Shown: in pieces, positions 62,351-64,000 of the stretch
How positions within the stretch are numbered: the first letter of the stretch is position 1
Layout: the number at the start of each line of letters is the position of its first letter
Source: Octopus sinensis
Taxonomy: Eukaryota
DNA: 64,000 bases
Assembly (NCBI RefSeq): GCF_006345805.1
Contig: NC_043008.1
Location: forward strand, 37,882,001-37,946,000
Direction: 5' to 3'
Translations under genes and position numbers: made by a program
The notes under the pieces: model-generated
The model's input: only the letters and a program-made list of their open reading frames with translations
What the model was told of the DNA's origin: nothing
Databases searched by the model: none

Positions 62351-62763
62351 GCAGGAGTGGTTGTGTGGTGAGTAGCTTGCTTACGAATCACTTGGTTCCA
62401 GGTTCAGTCCCACTGTGTGGCACCTTGGGCAAGTGTTTTCTAGTATAGCCTCAGGCTGACCAAAGCCTTGTGAGTAGATTTGCTAGACGGAAACTGAAAC
62501 AAGCCCATCGTATATATGTAAATATATATATGTATGTGTGTGTATATGTTTGTATGTCTGTGTTTGTCCCTCCCAACATCACTTGACAACTGATGCTGGT
62601 GTGTTTATGTAACTTGGCGGTTCGGCAAAAAAGAGACCAATAGAATAAGTACTAGGCTTACAAAGAATAAGTCCTGGGGTCAATTTGCTTGACTAAAGAT
62701 GGTGCTCCAGCATGGCCACAGTCAAATGACTGAAACAAGTAAAAGAGTAAAGAGTAAAAGAGA
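62351..62763 (+). mobile_element. SINE family A, full length
   Basis: All family A blocks. Confidence 0.9.
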
Positions 62764-63317
62764 TGTTAGATGCAGTAAGAGCTGATAACAGCGATAGCAG
62801 CGGTGAGGAATTTCTTTGTGTCATAATGTGGAGAAAGTGAACAAATAGCTTCCTGGTGCAAGTGCAAGCTACACTCCTTAAGCAGAGAAAAACAGATCTA
62901 TTTAAGGAAATTGCTGGGCCCCATTGTGAGAGACAGAAACTCCAAGCAATGTGAAATATGGCCCAGCATGATTACCAGCATGAATATCAAACTTCAAAAA
63001 GTAGTTAACCATTTAATGACTTTAGTAAATTTATACAGTAAGTATTATACTGTATATTATAAAATGTAAGCATTATATATGTCCAACATAAATAAAAGTC
63101 AACTCCATTATATTTTTTCTGTAAAAATCTATTCTGACATTAAATGAGTCAACTTCCTGTACGTCATTTTTCAATAAAAGATATTTCTGAAAACATTCTG
63201 GAAACGATCTACTCATGTAATTTACGCACCTGCTAAAATATATTTTCATTTTTGCAAAAATAAGTACGTAAATTACTTGGGTTTTAACAGTATCTTTAAG
63301 TAAATGAGCAATTTTGT

Positions 63318-63750
63318 CAGGCATGGCTGTGTGGCCGGCAGTTTGCTTTCCTACCTTATGGGTCCAGATTAAATCCCATTATGTGGCATCTCAGAAGACT
63401 GTCTTCCACTATTGCCTTCAGCTGACCAAAGCCGTGTGCTTGAATTTAGTAGACAGAAACTGAAAGAAGCCCATCAAGTGTGGTGTGTGTGTGTGGTGTG
63501 TGTGTGTGTGTGTGTGTGCATGTGCGTGTCTTTTGTCTGTGTTTGTTTCCCACCACTGCTTTGTCAACTGGTGTTTCTGTGTTTTGTGCCTGTAGCTTAG
63601 CAGTTCAGCAAAAAAGACTGATATAATAAGTACCAACTTTAATAGTAAGTGGTGAGGTTAACTTGTTTGACTAAAATTCATCAAGGTGGTGCCCCAGCAT
63701 GGCCATAGTTTTATGACTGAAATAAGTAGAAGATAGAAGATAAAAAGATA
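63318..63750 (+). mobile_element. SINE family A, diverged
   Basis: Family A blocks with internal (TG)n. Confidence 0.8.
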
Positions 63751-63768
63751 ACCACGAATTGTTCAGTG

Positions 63769-63862
63769 CAATACAGATTAACTAGCACAATAGGATTAAC
63801 AAGCCCAGTATGGATTAACCAGCTCGATATGTATTAACTGGCCCAATATGGATTAACCATCC
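63769..63862. repeat. Five-unit 19-bp minisatellite (consensus CAATATGGATTAACYAGCC)
   Basis: Units caatacagattaactagca / caataggattaacaagcc / cagtatggattaaccagct / cgatatgtattaactggcc / caatatggattaaccatcc. Confidence 0.85.
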
Positions 63863-64000
63863 CTTTACAGAAAAATACTTCCACTTATATGACCATTCAG
63901 TCTCTTACTACATAATCAATATGTCCAGTTTTGCCCACCCCTCATTCATTTCTACTGATCCCATGTCCAGAGGGTCCATCCTGGCCCTTTGTCACCCCTA

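Overview
AT-rich eukaryotic (animal) genomic DNA packed with microsatellites and interspersed repeats. The repeat families and composition look like a coleoid cephalopod, most likely Octopus; this is inferred from pattern recognition, not a database search. There is no operon, CRISPR array or long intact ORF, and almost all ORFs in the supplied track are translated microsatellites or transposon debris. Supported content: a decayed autonomous Helitron (RepHel) and a non-autonomous Helitron, four mariner remnants, a Tigger/pogo remnant, many RTE-LINE 3' fragments, Penelope-like element (PLE) remnants with GIY-YIG coding sequence and hammerhead-ribozyme motifs, a solo LTR with a 5-bp target-site duplication (TSD), and at least four tRNA-derived SINE families (labelled A-D here for convenience). 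By hand I found a phase-consistent chain of small minus-strand exons, including a 7-nt microexon candidate, that could be the 3' part of an unidentified host gene. A weaker plus-strand exon chain also exists. The best leads are a complete minimal hammerhead motif in a (TA)n-embedded PLE mini-element with degenerate relatives elsewhere, several long fold-back or hairpin structures (one pre-miRNA-like), the microexon candidates, and a 19-bp minisatellite of GGATTA sites. I did not find a clearly new biological system. Repeat boundaries are approximate unless a TSD is given.
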